Assembly (NCBI GenBank): GCA_963845565.1
Contig: CAWJSJ010000001.1
Location: 160,001-224,000 of the forward strand
Direction of reading: 5' to 3'
Source: an uncultured Methylomirabilota bacterium
Lineage (GTDB): Bacteria > Methylomirabilota > Methylomirabilia > Methylomirabilales > 2-02-FULL-66-22
Length of the DNA: 64,000 nt
Within the stretch, counting starts at the first letter, position 1; the number at the start of each line of letters is the position of its first letter. Below the pieces are notes generated by a model. The model was not told where the DNA came from. It did no database searches and saw only the letters and a program-made list of their open reading frames with translations. This document shows, one piece after another, positions 40,396 through 50,389 of this stretch. A program made the position numbers and the translations under genes.

Positions 40396-41615
40396 TTCCC
40401 GGACCCCTGACCCCCAGCCCCTGTTCCCAGGTCAATCCTCGCATCCGCCGGCATGCCCGGCTTCAACTCCTGGTTTGGGTTGTCCACGCTGATCTTCACG
40501 GCAAACACCAGCTTCACCCGCTCCTCCTGGGTCTGGACGTTCTTGGGAGTGAACTCGGCCTCGGAGTTGATGAAGGTGATCTTGCCGGGATAGACCTTGC
40601 CGCGGAAGGAATCGGTCGTGATCTCCGCCGTCTGGCCCAACCGGACGTGGCCGAGCCGAGGCTCCGGAACATAGATCTTGAGCCAGATGTTGCCCAGGTC
40701 GGCGATCGTCACGGCGGGAGTACCCGCAGCGATCATCTCCCCGGGCTCCACGTGCTTCCGGAGAACCACGCCGGCCTGCGGGCTCGCGAGGACCGTGTAC
40801 CCGAGCTGTGCCTCCGCAGCGGCCAAGGCGGCGCGATCGCGCGCAATGTTGGCCTGGATCGTTGCCAGTTCCTGCCGCCTCCGGGAAACCTCCAGAGCGC
40901 CCGTCTGTGCGAGGAGCAGGCCTGCGCGGGCCTGTTGGACGTCCGCCTCGGCCCGGCGGATCTCCTCCTGACGTGGACCCTCTTTCGCCAGGTCGAGCCG
41001 TTCGACGGCGTTCCGGTGTCGCTCCACCGCCACGTCGAGGCTCGTGCGGGCGGTGTCGCGCGCCTGCGCCGAGACGCCACCCTCACGGTACAGCGCCTCC
41101 ATGCGCCCGAGATCCGCCTGGGCGTTCTCCAGCACGGCCTTGGCCTCGCGGACCTCGGCCGCGGCGCGCTGCAGATCCTGCGGCCGGGAGCCGCTCTTGA
41201 GTTCCGCCAGCCGCTCGTCCCGAGCGGTCAGGCCGGCCTGCGCCTCGGCGATCCGGGCGCGAGTCAGTGCCTCCTGGAGGGCGATCTCGGTCTGGAGCTG
41301 CGGCAGGCGCGTCTCGGTGCCCGCCAGCGACGCTCGCAAGCGGCCGACGTCCGCTTCCAGCTCCTTACTCTCCAGTGTGGCCACGGGGTCGCCGGCCTTG
41401 AGGCGTTGGCCTTCGTCCGCCGGACGGGCGATCACCCGACCGGGGATCTTGAAGCTCACCGCGATCTCGGTGGCCTCGATGGTCCCCGAGGCGACGAGGA
41501 CCCCCTCGGGTGGACGTTGCCACCAGCGCCAGAGAGCGGCGCCGGAGGCGAGCAACCCCGCCACCACCACGACGATGGCGATCCGCATACGCTTCCTGCC
41601 ATTGGCGCCGCTCAT
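40392..41615 (-). CDS. HlyD-family adaptor (YbhG-like)
   Basis: SGTIEA, coiled coils, AEFTPKNVQT, LKPGMPAD. Confidence 0.9.
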   Translation of the reverse strand: MSGANGRKRMRIAIVVVVAGLLASGAALWRWWQRPPEGVLVASGTIEATEIAVSFKIPGRVIARPADEGQRLKAGDPVATLESKELEADVGRLRASLAGTETRLPQLQTEIALQEALTRARIAEAQAGLTARDERLAELKSGSRPQDLQRAAAEVREAKAVLENAQADLGRMEALYREGGVSAQARDTARTSLDVAVERHRNAVERLDLAKEGPRQEEIRRAEADVQQARAGLLLAQTGALEVSRRRQELATIQANIARDRAALAAAEAQLGYTVLASPQAGVVLRKHVEPGEMIAAGTPAVTIADLGNIWLKIYVPEPRLGHVRLGQTAEITTDSFRGKVYPGKITFINSEAEFTPKNVQTQEERVKLVFAVKISVDNPNQELKPGMPADARIDLGTGAGGQGSGK

Positions 41616-42374
41616 GTTCCGCTCCTCATGCCGGTGCGATCGATCCGGGTTCGGTCGGCGGACGGGGCGGGTCCGCGCCGGACGACCGAGGGTCGCCGCC
41701 GCCGTCGCGGCCGCGCGACGACCTCCGGGGCCTTCCGCGCCAGCAGGCCGTTCAGAAAGATGTCAGTGACGGTCGTGACGACCGCATCGTCCGCGATGGG
41801 GTAGATCCGCTCGCCGCCCAGCAGGCGCTGGCTGACGGCGAAGATCAGGAACATGCCGATGAAGGCGCGGGAGGCCACCATGGCGTCCACGTCGCGGAAC
41901 TCGCCGGACCGGATGGCCGTGCGGATCACCGCGGCGAACCGCCGGTTGGCCACCAGAATCCCTTCCCGGTACACCTGGGCCGCGATCTCGGGGAACTGCG
42001 CGACCTCGCCCACCACGGTACGGAACATGGCCAGGTAGGCCGGACTGGACAGGAACCGATAAATGTCCTGGCCGATCAGCGGCGAGCCGTCCCTCCAGCG
42101 AGGACGCGGCGCGGCCGGTGCGCGGCTCCGTGGAGGGAATGACGGCGGTTATCCGCGTCTTCAGCATGGCGGTGAAGAGCGCCGCCTTGCTGGGGAAGTA
42201 AAGGTAGATGGTGCCCTTGGTGATCCCGGCCTGCCGGGCGACGTCATCCAGGGTGGCCTGGTGGAAGCCGCGCGCACCGAAGACCCGGAAGGCGGCCTCG
42301 AGAATCTGACGGGGCCGCTCGTCCGGCCGGCGCTGCCAGCGACGGGGGTGAGGGATGGTGTGTGCGGCGGTCAT
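41612..42374 (-). CDS. TetR/AcrR regulator, one frameshift near 42080
   Basis: ILEAAFRVFGARGFHQATLDDVARQAGITKGTIYLYFPSK; C-terminal domain continues in ORF 41612..42028. Confidence 0.88.
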
Positions 42375-42390
42375 GGCGCCTCCGGATATT

Positions 42391-42455
42391 TGACCAGTTG
42401 GTTGGACGATAGCCCGGCGGGAGGCGAGTGTCAATAAGTATCTGACCGGTCAGTT
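42391..42455 (-). promoter_or_regulatory. tetR promoter with candidate operator
   Basis: Minus strand TTGACA...TATCGT; perfect palindrome CTGACCGGTCAG at 42442-42453 and related TGACCAGTTGGTT at 42392. Confidence 0.55.
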
Positions 42456-42505
42456 AATAGGAGCGCAAGTCACTGCCGGCCTCGGCGGCAGGAAGCGGGG
42501 CGGTG

Positions 42506-43345
42506 CTACGGGCGGGCGCCGTTCGGTTGGTGTGGCGTGCGGAGCGCAGTGGGCCCAGCCCGCCACCAATCCCAGGCGATCAGGCCGAGCGGCACTGCGA
42601 CCAGCAGGATCAGGATGAGGAGGGACGTCGTCCGGTGGGTGAAGACCTCCAGCACCTCTTCCCAGGCATGGGACGCCGGGACGAGGCCTGCCTCCATGAA
42701 CTCGTGCAGTCCGCCGGCCAGGAGTTTGACCACCAGGATCAGGAGGACCAGTCCGGTGACGGCAAAGAAGCGGGTTAGACGCAGTCGCCGGCCCCCCCGG
42801 ACCAGGACGATGCCGAAGAGAGCGGCCAGCGAGAGCCCCAGGCAGGCCCCGATGCCGGTCCAGAGTGGCCGGCCGCTCTCTGTCCCGGCCAGGGCGGTGA
42901 GGAACAGGATCGTCTCGACGCCCTCGCGCAGGACCATGACGAAGGCCAGCGCAAACACGCCCAGGGCGGCCCGGGCGGACATCCCGCCCGGGGCCGCATC
43001 GGCGACGAGCGATTCCAGGCGTTGCTCCAGACGCGCCTTCAGCGTGCGGCCCGCCCGCCACATCCAGAAGACCAGGGATCCCACGAGCGCGGCGGCGAGG
43101 AACATCAGCGCCCCCTCGACGGCGGGGCCGTCCGCCACGATGCCGAGGCGGCGGACCAGGAGGGCGGCGGCCAGACTGGTAAGGGTCGCCGCGCCAAGCC
43201 CGAGGAAGACGTGGCGGCAGTAAGCGCTCCGACCCGTTCGCCGCAGGTAGGTCACCAGGATGCCGACGACCAGGGAGACCTCGATCCCCTCGCGGAGGAC
43301 CACCACGAAGCTCTCCAGGACACTGTGCAGGACAAGCATGACCAT
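42506..43345 (-). CDS. FTR1/EfeU-family iron permease
   Basis: Two RExxE motifs (LREGIE, LREGVE); about 7 TM segments. Confidence 0.9.
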   Translation of the reverse strand: MVMLVLHSVLESFVVVLREGIEVSLVVGILVTYLRRTGRSAYCRHVFLGLGAATLTSLAAALLVRRLGIVADGPAVEGALMFLAAALVGSLVFWMWRAGRTLKARLEQRLESLVADAAPGGMSARAALGVFALAFVMVLREGVETILFLTALAGTESGRPLWTGIGACLGLSLAALFGIVLVRGGRRLRLTRFFAVTGLVLLILVVKLLAGGLHEFMEAGLVPASHAWEEVLEVFTHRTTSLLILILLVAVPLGLIAWDWWRAGPTALRTPHQPNGARP

Positions 43346-43404
43346 TTTCCTCCGCGTCTATGTGAACCCTCGCCCCGGTTCGGAACGCGTCGGTCGTGTT
43401 CCTG

Positions 43405-45426
43405 TCAGAGCAAGGAGAGAATGCCCCGCGCCGCTCCTCCCACGAGGAGCGCCAGGACGACGGTGAACGATGAGATCAGGAGGGCGCGCCGCCAGCCGAG
43501 TTCCCGCGCCAGGATCGAGATGGTGGCGACGCATGGGACGTAGAGGGTATTGACGAGCGCATACACGACGATCTGGTGCGGTTGCATGAAGCTCAAGAGA
43601 TTGCTGGCCTGCGGCCCGTACTGTGCGATGGCGAGGGTCACCAGGAGCTGCAGCGCCAATTCCTTTCGGAGCACGGCCACGATCAGGGTCAGCCCGGCGA
43701 CGGCGGGAAGCCCGAGCCAGCCCTCCATGATGGGCCGAAGGGGCCGCGCCAGGGCCCACAGCAGGCCGGTTTCGTAGAGGCCGCCCAGGACGATGCTCCC
43801 GCCCACCACGATGGGCGTGGCGACCACGACGAATTCGCGGAAGTGGCCCCAGGTGCGCTTCATCATGGGCCAGAGCGTCGGCCGGCGGAAGGGGAACATC
43901 TCCATGACCAGGCCGGTGCCGCTCCCCGGCAGGAATCGGTCGAGGCCGATACCCGTACCCAGCGCCACCAGCGCGGTGACCCCGTACACCGCCAGGGCCC
44001 ACTGCCAGCCCGCCGTGATGGAGACGGCTCCCAGGATCACCGCCGTGCGTGCGCTGCAGGGCGTGAGCACGATCAGGGTGCTGGCGATGATCCGCTCCCG
44101 CATGGTCCCCAGGACGCGGGTGCCGAGGATGGCCGGAACGTTGCACCCGGCGCCCGCCACCAGGGGAATGACGGCGCGACCGTGCAAGCCCATCTTGTGC
44201 ATGACGCGGTCTGTGAGAAACGCCACCGCATTCATGTACCCGGTGTCCTCCAGGAGGGCGAGCAGGAAGTAGAAGGTGAGGACGTAGGGGATTCCGATCG
44301 CCAGCGCGGCGTTGATCCCGGCGTCGAACCCCCAGAGGAGCGTCCGGGACAAGGCGTTGTCCCCCAGGAGCGCGACGAACGGCCAGCGGATGGCCGGCGA
44401 GGCATAGGCGGTCCAGAGTGCGCCGAACCCGACGGACAGCCAGTCGCCCACCACGAACAGGAAGGTGAATATCCCGGCGAGCACTAGGGCCAGGACCAGC
44501 AGGCCGGTGCCGGGCGCTGTGGTGAACTGCCACAGCCGATCGGCGAGCAGGGCCCGTTGGCGCCGGCGATGCTCGACCTCCGACGCGATCAGGCCTGCCA
44601 GGCCATGGCGCTCCCGCATGAGGAGGAGCCCCGGCTCCTCTCCCCGCAGGTCCCGGAGGGTTCCCGTCAGCTCCTCGTGGAGGCGCCGCAGGTCGTCCGC
44701 ATCCGGCGCGTCCGCGAGCCAGGCGGCGAACTCGGGGTCGCCTTCCAGGAGGAGGACCGCCACCGCGCGCGGCGGCAAGCCGTGGGGGCGATCGTTCCGG
44801 GTGGTCAGGGCGCGCTCCATCTTGCCGATGGCGGCCTCCACATCCTCGCTGTAGCGGAGCCGCACGCGGAGGGGCGTGGGGCGCGAGGCCCGCCGGACCA
44901 CCTCGGCCATGAGGGTATCCAGGCCGGTCCCGCGGGTGGCGACGGTGGGGATCACGGGGCTTCCCAGGATCTCGGTCAACCGCTCCGCGTCGATCCGGAT
45001 GCCGCGGGCCTCGGCCTGGTCCACGACGTTCAGGGCCACCACCAGCGGGATGCCGAGGTCCAGAACCTGGAGCCCCAGGTACAGGTTGCGGGCCAGGTTG
45101 GTGGCATCCAGCACCAGGATGACCGCGTCGGGTGCGCCGTCCAGCAGGGCCTGGCGGGCCACCCATTGATCGTCCGAGACGCCGCCCAGTGCGTAGGTGC
45201 CCGGGAGGTCAATCACGCCGATGCGCTGGTCCCCCAGGCGGGTGATGGCGAGCTGGACCTCGACCGTCTTGCCGGGATAGTTGGCCGTGGCCACACCCAT
45301 TCCCGTCAAGCGATTGAAGATGCTGGATTTCCCGACGTTCGGGTTCCCGGCGAGGGCGACGGTCAGCGTGACGCCCGTCCGCAATTCCTGCAAGGCCCCG
45401 TGACAACTCAAGGCCACGATCGTCAC
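43405..45426 (-). CDS. feoB: Ferrous iron transporter FeoB
   Basis: GNPNVGKS, NYPGKTV, DLPG, LEDTGY, GCNVPA, PCSAR, YVPC. Confidence 0.95.
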   Translation of the reverse strand: MTIVALSCHGALQELRTGVTLTVALAGNPNVGKSSIFNRLTGMGVATANYPGKTVEVQLAITRLGDQRIGVIDLPGTYALGGVSDDQWVARQALLDGAPDAVILVLDATNLARNLYLGLQVLDLGIPLVVALNVVDQAEARGIRIDAERLTEILGSPVIPTVATRGTGLDTLMAEVVRRASRPTPLRVRLRYSEDVEAAIGKMERALTTRNDRPHGLPPRAVAVLLLEGDPEFAAWLADAPDADDLRRLHEELTGTLRDLRGEEPGLLLMRERHGLAGLIASEVEHRRRQRALLADRLWQFTTAPGTGLLVLALVLAGIFTFLFVVGDWLSVGFGALWTAYASPAIRWPFVALLGDNALSRTLLWGFDAGINAALAIGIPYVLTFYFLLALLEDTGYMNAVAFLTDRVMHKMGLHGRAVIPLVAGAGCNVPAILGTRVLGTMRERIIASTLIVLTPCSARTAVILGAVSITAGWQWALAVYGVTALVALGTGIGLDRFLPGSGTGLVMEMFPFRRPTLWPMMKRTWGHFREFVVVATPIVVGGSIVLGGLYETGLLWALARPLRPIMEGWLGLPAVAGLTLIVAVLRKELALQLLVTLAIAQYGPQASNLLSFMQPHQIVVYALVNTLYVPCVATISILARELGWRRALLISSFTVVLALLVGGAARGILSLL

Positions 45427-45548
45427 CCTTCTCTTGACGTAAGAGCCGTTACGAGAAGCGTGTCTATCCGGGAATGTCTCCGGTCACGCTATGCTTTGAC
45501 AACGATGTACCCCGCGCGGGCCAGGGGCGCATCACAGGGTGTCGGGCG

Positions 45549-46265
45549 TCACCGACCGCGCCGGCGGTTGCGGTGCCGGCGGGGCTCCGGGTCCGTGCCG
45601 CCGCGGACCAGGATCTTGGCGGCCACGTCGCGCCCGATGGCGTAGCGCGCGCCGCCCACCCGCACCAGCAGCGGCCCCCCGAAGGGCGCGACTTCCTCCA
45701 CCGACAGCTCCGCCCCTGGCAGGAGGCCCAGGCTCGCCAGATAGCGGAGCAGGGCCGCCTCCTCCTCGGTGATCTGCTCGATCCGCACCTGTGTACCGGC
45801 GGGAACGGTGTCCAGGGTTCGAGTGTACGCGGCGGCGATCCCGTCGCTCCCCGGAATCGGGCCGCCGTGTGGGCACGTCTCGGGATCGTTCAGAAGCGAC
45901 GTCAGCCGGGCCTCCGCCTCGGGGGTCAGCGCATGCTCCAGCCGCATGGCCTCGTCGTGGACGCGATCCCAGGGGAGACCCAGAACATCGGTGAGCAACC
46001 GCTCCGACAGCCGGTGCCGGCGGAGGATGGCGGCTGCCTGTCGCCGCCCCTCGTCGGACAGGGCCAGGCAATCGGATTTCGCCTCTAGCAGACCGCGGAC
46101 TCGGAGCTCCCGCAGGGCGGCCTCGGCGATGGGGGCGGGGACCCGGGCGAACGCCGTGACGTCCTGCGTGGTGGCGGCGCGGCCCTGGTCCACACTGCGC
46201 TGGAGGGCTTGCAGGCAGTCCTCCAGGATCTCATCGGTTACCGTCGGGCTCTGGTCGTCGGTCAT
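45549..46265 (-). CDS. DtxR/MntR-family protein with a C-terminal FeoA domain
   Basis: RRHRLSERLLTDVLG, HDEAMRLEHAL, CPHGGPIP, LRYLASLGLLPGAE...APFGGP. Confidence 0.88.
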   Translation of the reverse strand: MTDDQSPTVTDEILEDCLQALQRSVDQGRAATTQDVTAFARVPAPIAEAALRELRVRGLLEAKSDCLALSDEGRRQAAAILRRHRLSERLLTDVLGLPWDRVHDEAMRLEHALTPEAEARLTSLLNDPETCPHGGPIPGSDGIAAAYTRTLDTVPAGTQVRIEQITEEEAALLRYLASLGLLPGAELSVEEVAPFGGPLLVRVGGARYAIGRDVAAKILVRGGTDPEPRRHRNRRRGR

Positions 46266-46768
46266 GACGCGCTCCTCGGTCGTGCGTGGCCGGGGACGGC
46301 CCGGGACCCGCCGGTCGTCCGGCGTCCCTCCAGCCGGGCACAGTCGCGGCAGACGCCGTAGAGCTCGAGCCGCTGCTCGGTGACCGAAAAACCCTGGCTG
46401 TGCGCGACCTTGGCACCGAGCGCCCGCAGGGTGGCGTCCTGAAATTCTTGGATCTTCCCGCACCGGGTGCAGATCAGGTGATGGTGCGTCCAGTCGGCCG
46501 GGTTGGGATCGAACCGGGCATAGGTGTCCCCGAACTTCCGCTCGGTGGCCAGACCGGCCTGGCGGAGCAGCTTCAGCGTGCGGTACACCGTGACCAGTCC
46601 GATGGAGGGGTCCTGGGCCCGGATCTGATGGTACAGTTCCTCCGCGCTGATGTGGCGGCCGGCGGCGAAGAACGCGCGCACGATCTGCTCCCGCTGGCGG
46701 GTGCTCTTGAGACCGGCGCGTGTCAGGAAGTCGCTGAAGCTGCGGGTGCCGGAGTCGGAATCGGGCAT
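46262..46768 (-). CDS. fur: Ferric uptake regulator
   Basis: GLKSTRQRE, HISAEELY, TVYRTLKLL, HHHLICTRCG, GVCRDC. Confidence 0.9.
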   Translation of the reverse strand: MPDSDSGTRSFSDFLTRAGLKSTRQREQIVRAFFAAGRHISAEELYHQIRAQDPSIGLVTVYRTLKLLRQAGLATERKFGDTYARFDPNPADWTHHHLICTRCGKIQEFQDATLRALGAKVAHSQGFSVTEQRLELYGVCRDCARLEGRRTTGGSRAVPGHARPRSAS

Positions 46769-46781
46769 GGGAGCTCCTAAA

Positions 46782-46837
46782 TGAAAATGAATGTCAAAAT
46801 CTATTGACAAAATACCGAACGCCTTCGTGGCTGTCAA
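46782..46837 (-). promoter_or_regulatory. Promoter with a Fur-box-like 7-1-7 site
   Basis: TGAAAATGAATGTCA (46782-46796) downstream of minus-strand TTGACA-17-TATTTT. Confidence 0.65.
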
Positions 46838-46949
46838 GTCCAAAACGGAGGATTGTGCGGAAGCAGTACAGACCGTCGCGCAACGTCGTCGGCCTTCCGA
46901 TGCGCGGGGGTCTACCAGACTCGTCGGTGAGCGATGACCGGTGCACCCT

Positions 46950-47382
46950 GAGGTTATCAGGGTGCGGGGCCAACGCGCGCGGAATGCAGGGGAATGCGGG
47001 CAACACCCTTCGCAACGGGTGTCCAGGTTCCCGACCCACGTATCGAGGCGCCTTGGCAGCGGCGGTTGGACTAGGACATGCTTCCTGGTCTACGGTCGGA
47101 TCGCCGGCAAGCATGCGGCGGCCGAGAAGTCGTCGACAGAAGACGGGGATTGAGTGCGCCGGATGCCACAAGGAGAGTGCGCCGAAGGCGGCGGTCCCCT
47201 CGGCTGCCTGCGGGGGGTGCCACGGGGATGCCGCCGGTCTCGCGGCCAAGACCGCGAAGGCCAATCCCAACCCCCGCGCCTCGCACCAGGGCGAGCTCCC
47301 CTGCGAGACCTGCCATCGCGCCCACGCACGGTCGGTGGACTACTGCGCGCAGTGCCACGACTTCGGCCTCAAGGTGCCCTGA
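46950..47382 (+). pseudogene. Remnant of a flavocytochrome c flavoprotein C-terminus joined to a truncated tetraheme cytochrome c
   Basis: AGE...RLGS...VYGRIAGKHAA in one frame; four CxxCH motifs (CAGCH, CGGCH, CETCH, CAQCH) in another; no start codon or signal peptide. Confidence 0.7.
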
Positions 47383-47499
47383 GCGGATCCTCACTCCCCC
47401 ATGCCGAATGATTCAGCCCTGGCCTTCCCTCGGCCAGGGCTGAATCGTTGCCACCGCCTATGGAGCCTGCGGCCTTCCGACGGCGCCAGTCCGCGCGCG

Positions 47500-47916
47500 C
47501 TACTTACTGGCCACCAGGAGCTGGGCACACGCCTCGGCCACCTTGCTGTCAGATTTCTCTTCCCCAGGCATGGTCGCCCATCCCTGTTTCTCGACGTAAC
47601 CATCTCGCTGCCACGAATCGGTCCCTTGCAGGGCAACCAGCTTCTGGACTTTTCCAGGATCCCGCTGGAACTGGACGACACAAATCGGGGCCAAGCGCTT
47701 GGTGACGGCATCGTCCGCCCTCGTATCGGCCATCTTCTGAGCGGTCCCGCCCGTGACCCAGCCGCCCCAGGCGAATCCGACAATCATCGTGAGCACGACC
47801 GAGGCTATGCACGCCCAGAAGGTCATGGTCTTCGTCGGTTGGGTCTCCCGCCACCGTTGTCCCATGCTGAGCGTCTTCTGCTGTTCCATTCTCTTGTCTC
47901 CCTTGTCCTGATCCAT
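47500..47916 (-). CDS. Hypothetical membrane-anchored protein
   Basis: GAGGAGG RBS; TM segment then IVGFAWGGWVTGGTA, LAPICV, GWATMPG. Confidence 0.75.
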   Translation of the reverse strand: MDQDKGDKRMEQQKTLSMGQRWRETQPTKTMTFWACIASVVLTMIVGFAWGGWVTGGTAQKMADTRADDAVTKRLAPICVVQFQRDPGKVQKLVALQGTDSWQRDGYVEKQGWATMPGEEKSDSKVAEACAQLLVASK

Positions 47917-48007
47917 GGTGTCCTCCTCGGTGAGTGACGCGTTTCCATCCAGGCTGGCATCGGACTACTGAGGCCTCTTCGAGCACACCTTCCTTGTAAG
48001 GGGAACA

Positions 48008-48167
48008 TGCAAGGCCGAATCCACTCGGCCCTTCCATGGCCCCAAAAGGTCGCCGTCGCTTTGAATCGAGTAGTTGGGGGGTAAGCAGCCCTGGAGCCTC
48101 GGGAGGAGTGGCGGGGGAATCGCACGATATATCGGAGAATCTCAGGGAGAATCTCCGAAGGATCGGA
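48008..48167 (-). promoter_or_regulatory. Sigma54-type cassette copy A (UAS + IHF-like site + -24/-12)
   Basis: TGGATTCGGCCTTGCA at 48023-48008; tandem TCCGA-N4-TCG palindromes at 48167-48123. Confidence 0.8.
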
Positions 48168-48457
48168 TGGGGAGGGAGGATGAGCCGTCCCAGACCCACG
48201 CCCCCGGCGCTCGCCGCCGTGCGCGTTGGCGGGCGGGACGGAGCCGCTCTGGACGCCGTCGGAAGCCGCAAATTCATCCACGAACTTCGGGGACGGACAG
48301 GCGGCTAGCGTTCTGAGTTAGAGATTCGCTGACATGATCCAAAGCCCACAGGGTGCGCCAGAGACGCCGCGCCAGACCCGCCCTTCGGACGGGTACCCCC
48401 CAGCCGGCACCGCTGCGCTGCTCGGCCTCTCGCGTCCCCGCTGAGGGGTCCCGCGCC

Positions 48458-48605
48458 TCCGACCAATCGGAGATTCTCCGATATCCCGTACCTTTCCATC
48501 TCGCTCCTCCCTCGAGATTTCCAGACCGCGTCCCCGTAACCGACGGTATTAACAACGTCAAGAGGTCGTCGGGCTGTGCGCGGAGGAGATGGTTCTGGCT
48601 TTGCA
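48458..48605 (+). promoter_or_regulatory. Sigma54-type cassette copy B
   Basis: TCCGAccaaTCGGAgattcTCCGAtatcCCGTA at 48458-48490; TGGTTCTGGCTTTGCA at 48590-48605. Confidence 0.8.
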
Positions 48606-48817
48606 TGCCGTTTGTTTACCAGTGGGGCGGGGCCTTCCTGGCCATCTTTGCGTGACGCGTGTAATGGCATACGCACTCCCAGCCCCATCGCGTGAGTCGG
48701 GCGAAATAGTGTCTCGGCCGCGGCCCGCGCCACCGACACCACGCACCGGGTCCCAGGGGCGTGCCGCAGGACAGGCGGCGGTGTGCGCAAGACGGCGAGA
48801 AGCGAGGTACGGGGCAG

Positions 48818-50389
48818 ATGAGTGGTAGCCGACCAGCAGGCGTTCCTTCCGACGCGGCCCTTTCGCGGCCACGCGATGGAGAACCGTCAACCTGCAGGGT
48901 GACGCACTCGATCCTCACGGACCAGGACCCCGGGTTCGTGCCGCTGCTGGATCATCTTACGCGCTATCGCGGGATCGACTTCAGCGGCTATAAGCAGCCC
49001 AGCCTGATCCGCCGCCTGGCGAGCCGCATGCGCGTCGCTGGGGTCGGGGATTGTGTGGATTATCTCGCCTACCTCGACGAGCACCCGCTGGAGTACACCA
49101 CCCTCTTTGACAGCATCTTGATCAATGTCACGGGTTTTTTTCGGGACGAAGTGGCCTGGGGGTATATCCGCGAAACACTCCTCCCGAAGCTTCTCGCCAT
49201 CAAGTCGGCTGACGAGCCTGTCCGGGTGTGGAGCGCCGGCTGCGCCTCGGGCGAGGAGGTCTACACGCTGGCGATGCTCTTCGCGGAAGCCGTGGGGATG
49301 GAGGCGTTCTGCCATCGGGTCAAGATCTACGCCACCGATGTGGACGAGGAGGCCCTCTCACAAGCTCGTCAGGGGGCCTACAACGACGAGGACCTGGAAT
49401 CCATTCCGGCAACGTTACGAACGCGGTACTTCGAAACGGCCGGTTCCCGGCACGTCTTCCGGCCTGACCTGCGGCGGGCCATCGTCTTCGGACGCCAGGA
49501 CGTGTTGCGGGACGCCCCGATCTCTCGCGTGGACCTCCTCGTCTGTCGGAATACGCTGATGTACTTCGACTCCGAGGCGCAAGGGAGAATTCTGGCTCGT
49601 TTTCGCATGGCTCTCGTGGAGGCCGGCTATCTCTTCCTCGGGAAGGCGGAGCTCATCCCCGCGTACACCCACGTCTTCCACCCGGTGAATCTCAAGCACC
49701 ACATCTTCCAGAGGGTTGCCACGCTTGCAGAGACCGGAGTCCGGCCGGGCGCGGGTCTCACCAGTGCCGACGCCTCTGTGCGTCACGGACTCCCGGAAGC
49801 GCGTCGCGGCACTGTGGAGGAGCGAGCGCCAAGCGCAAAGTGGCTGCGCGCTGCCCCTACGGACCTGGAAACGCTCAACGCTGCCTTGCAGGTCACGAAC
49901 GAGGAGCTCGAAACGAGCAATGCGGAATTCGAGTCCACGAACGAGGAGCTGGGGAGCATGAATGAAGAGCTCCACTCCACCAATGAGGAGCTGGAGACTC
50001 TCAACACCGAATTGCACCGGCGGACCAACGAATTGGGTACGACGAATGCGATCCTGCAATCCATTTTGACTGGTGTGCGGGTCGGGGTGGCCGTGGTGGA
50101 CCACGACCTGACCATTCTCCTGTGGAACCACGGGGCCGAAGACCTGTGGGGTTTCAATGCCGACGAGGTGCGGGGGCGGTCCCTCTTGAGCGTCGACCTT
50201 GGCCTGCAGGCGGTGCAACAACAGATCGCCAGTCTTCTGGCGGGAGCCGCGCATCACGAGGAAATAGCGGTCGACGCGATGAATTGCCGTGGCAGGGCCG
50301 TCCGGTGTCGCATCACCTGTACCCCGTTCCTGGGACCGAGGGGGGATCGGGCTGGAGTCGTCCTGGTGATGGAGGGAAAAGCGAAATGA
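48818..50389 (+). CDS. CheR methyltransferase + Glu-rich coiled coil + PAS domain (start uncertain)
   Basis: RGIDFSGYK, INVTGFFRD, RVWSAGCASGEE, YATDVD, CRNTLMYF; (S/T)NEEL heptads; PAS WNHGAEDLWG. Confidence 0.9.
   Translation: MSGSRPAGVPSDAALSRPRDGEPSTCRVTHSILTDQDPGFVPLLDHLTRYRGIDFSGYKQPSLIRRLASRMRVAGVGDCVDYLAYLDEHPLEYTTLFDSILINVTGFFRDEVAWGYIRETLLPKLLAIKSADEPVRVWSAGCASGEEVYTLAMLFAEAVGMEAFCHRVKIYATDVDEEALSQARQGAYNDEDLESIPATLRTRYFETAGSRHVFRPDLRRAIVFGRQDVLRDAPISRVDLLVCRNTLMYFDSEAQGRILARFRMALVEAGYLFLGKAELIPAYTHVFHPVNLKHHIFQRVATLAETGVRPGAGLTSADASVRHGLPEARRGTVEERAPSAKWLRAAPTDLETLNAALQVTNEELETSNAEFESTNEELGSMNEELHSTNEELETLNTELHRRTNELGTTNAILQSILTGVRVGVAVVDHDLTILLWNHGAEDLWGFNADEVRGRSLLSVDLGLQAVQQQIASLLAGAAHHEEIAVDAMNCRGRAVRCRITCTPFLGPRGDRAGVVLVMEGKAK

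Noticed and set aside
46804..47382. Intact 192-aa multiheme cytochrome as given by the ORF track
   Set aside because: The N-terminal ~110 aa has no signal peptide or RBS and overlaps a flavoprotein remnant in another frame.
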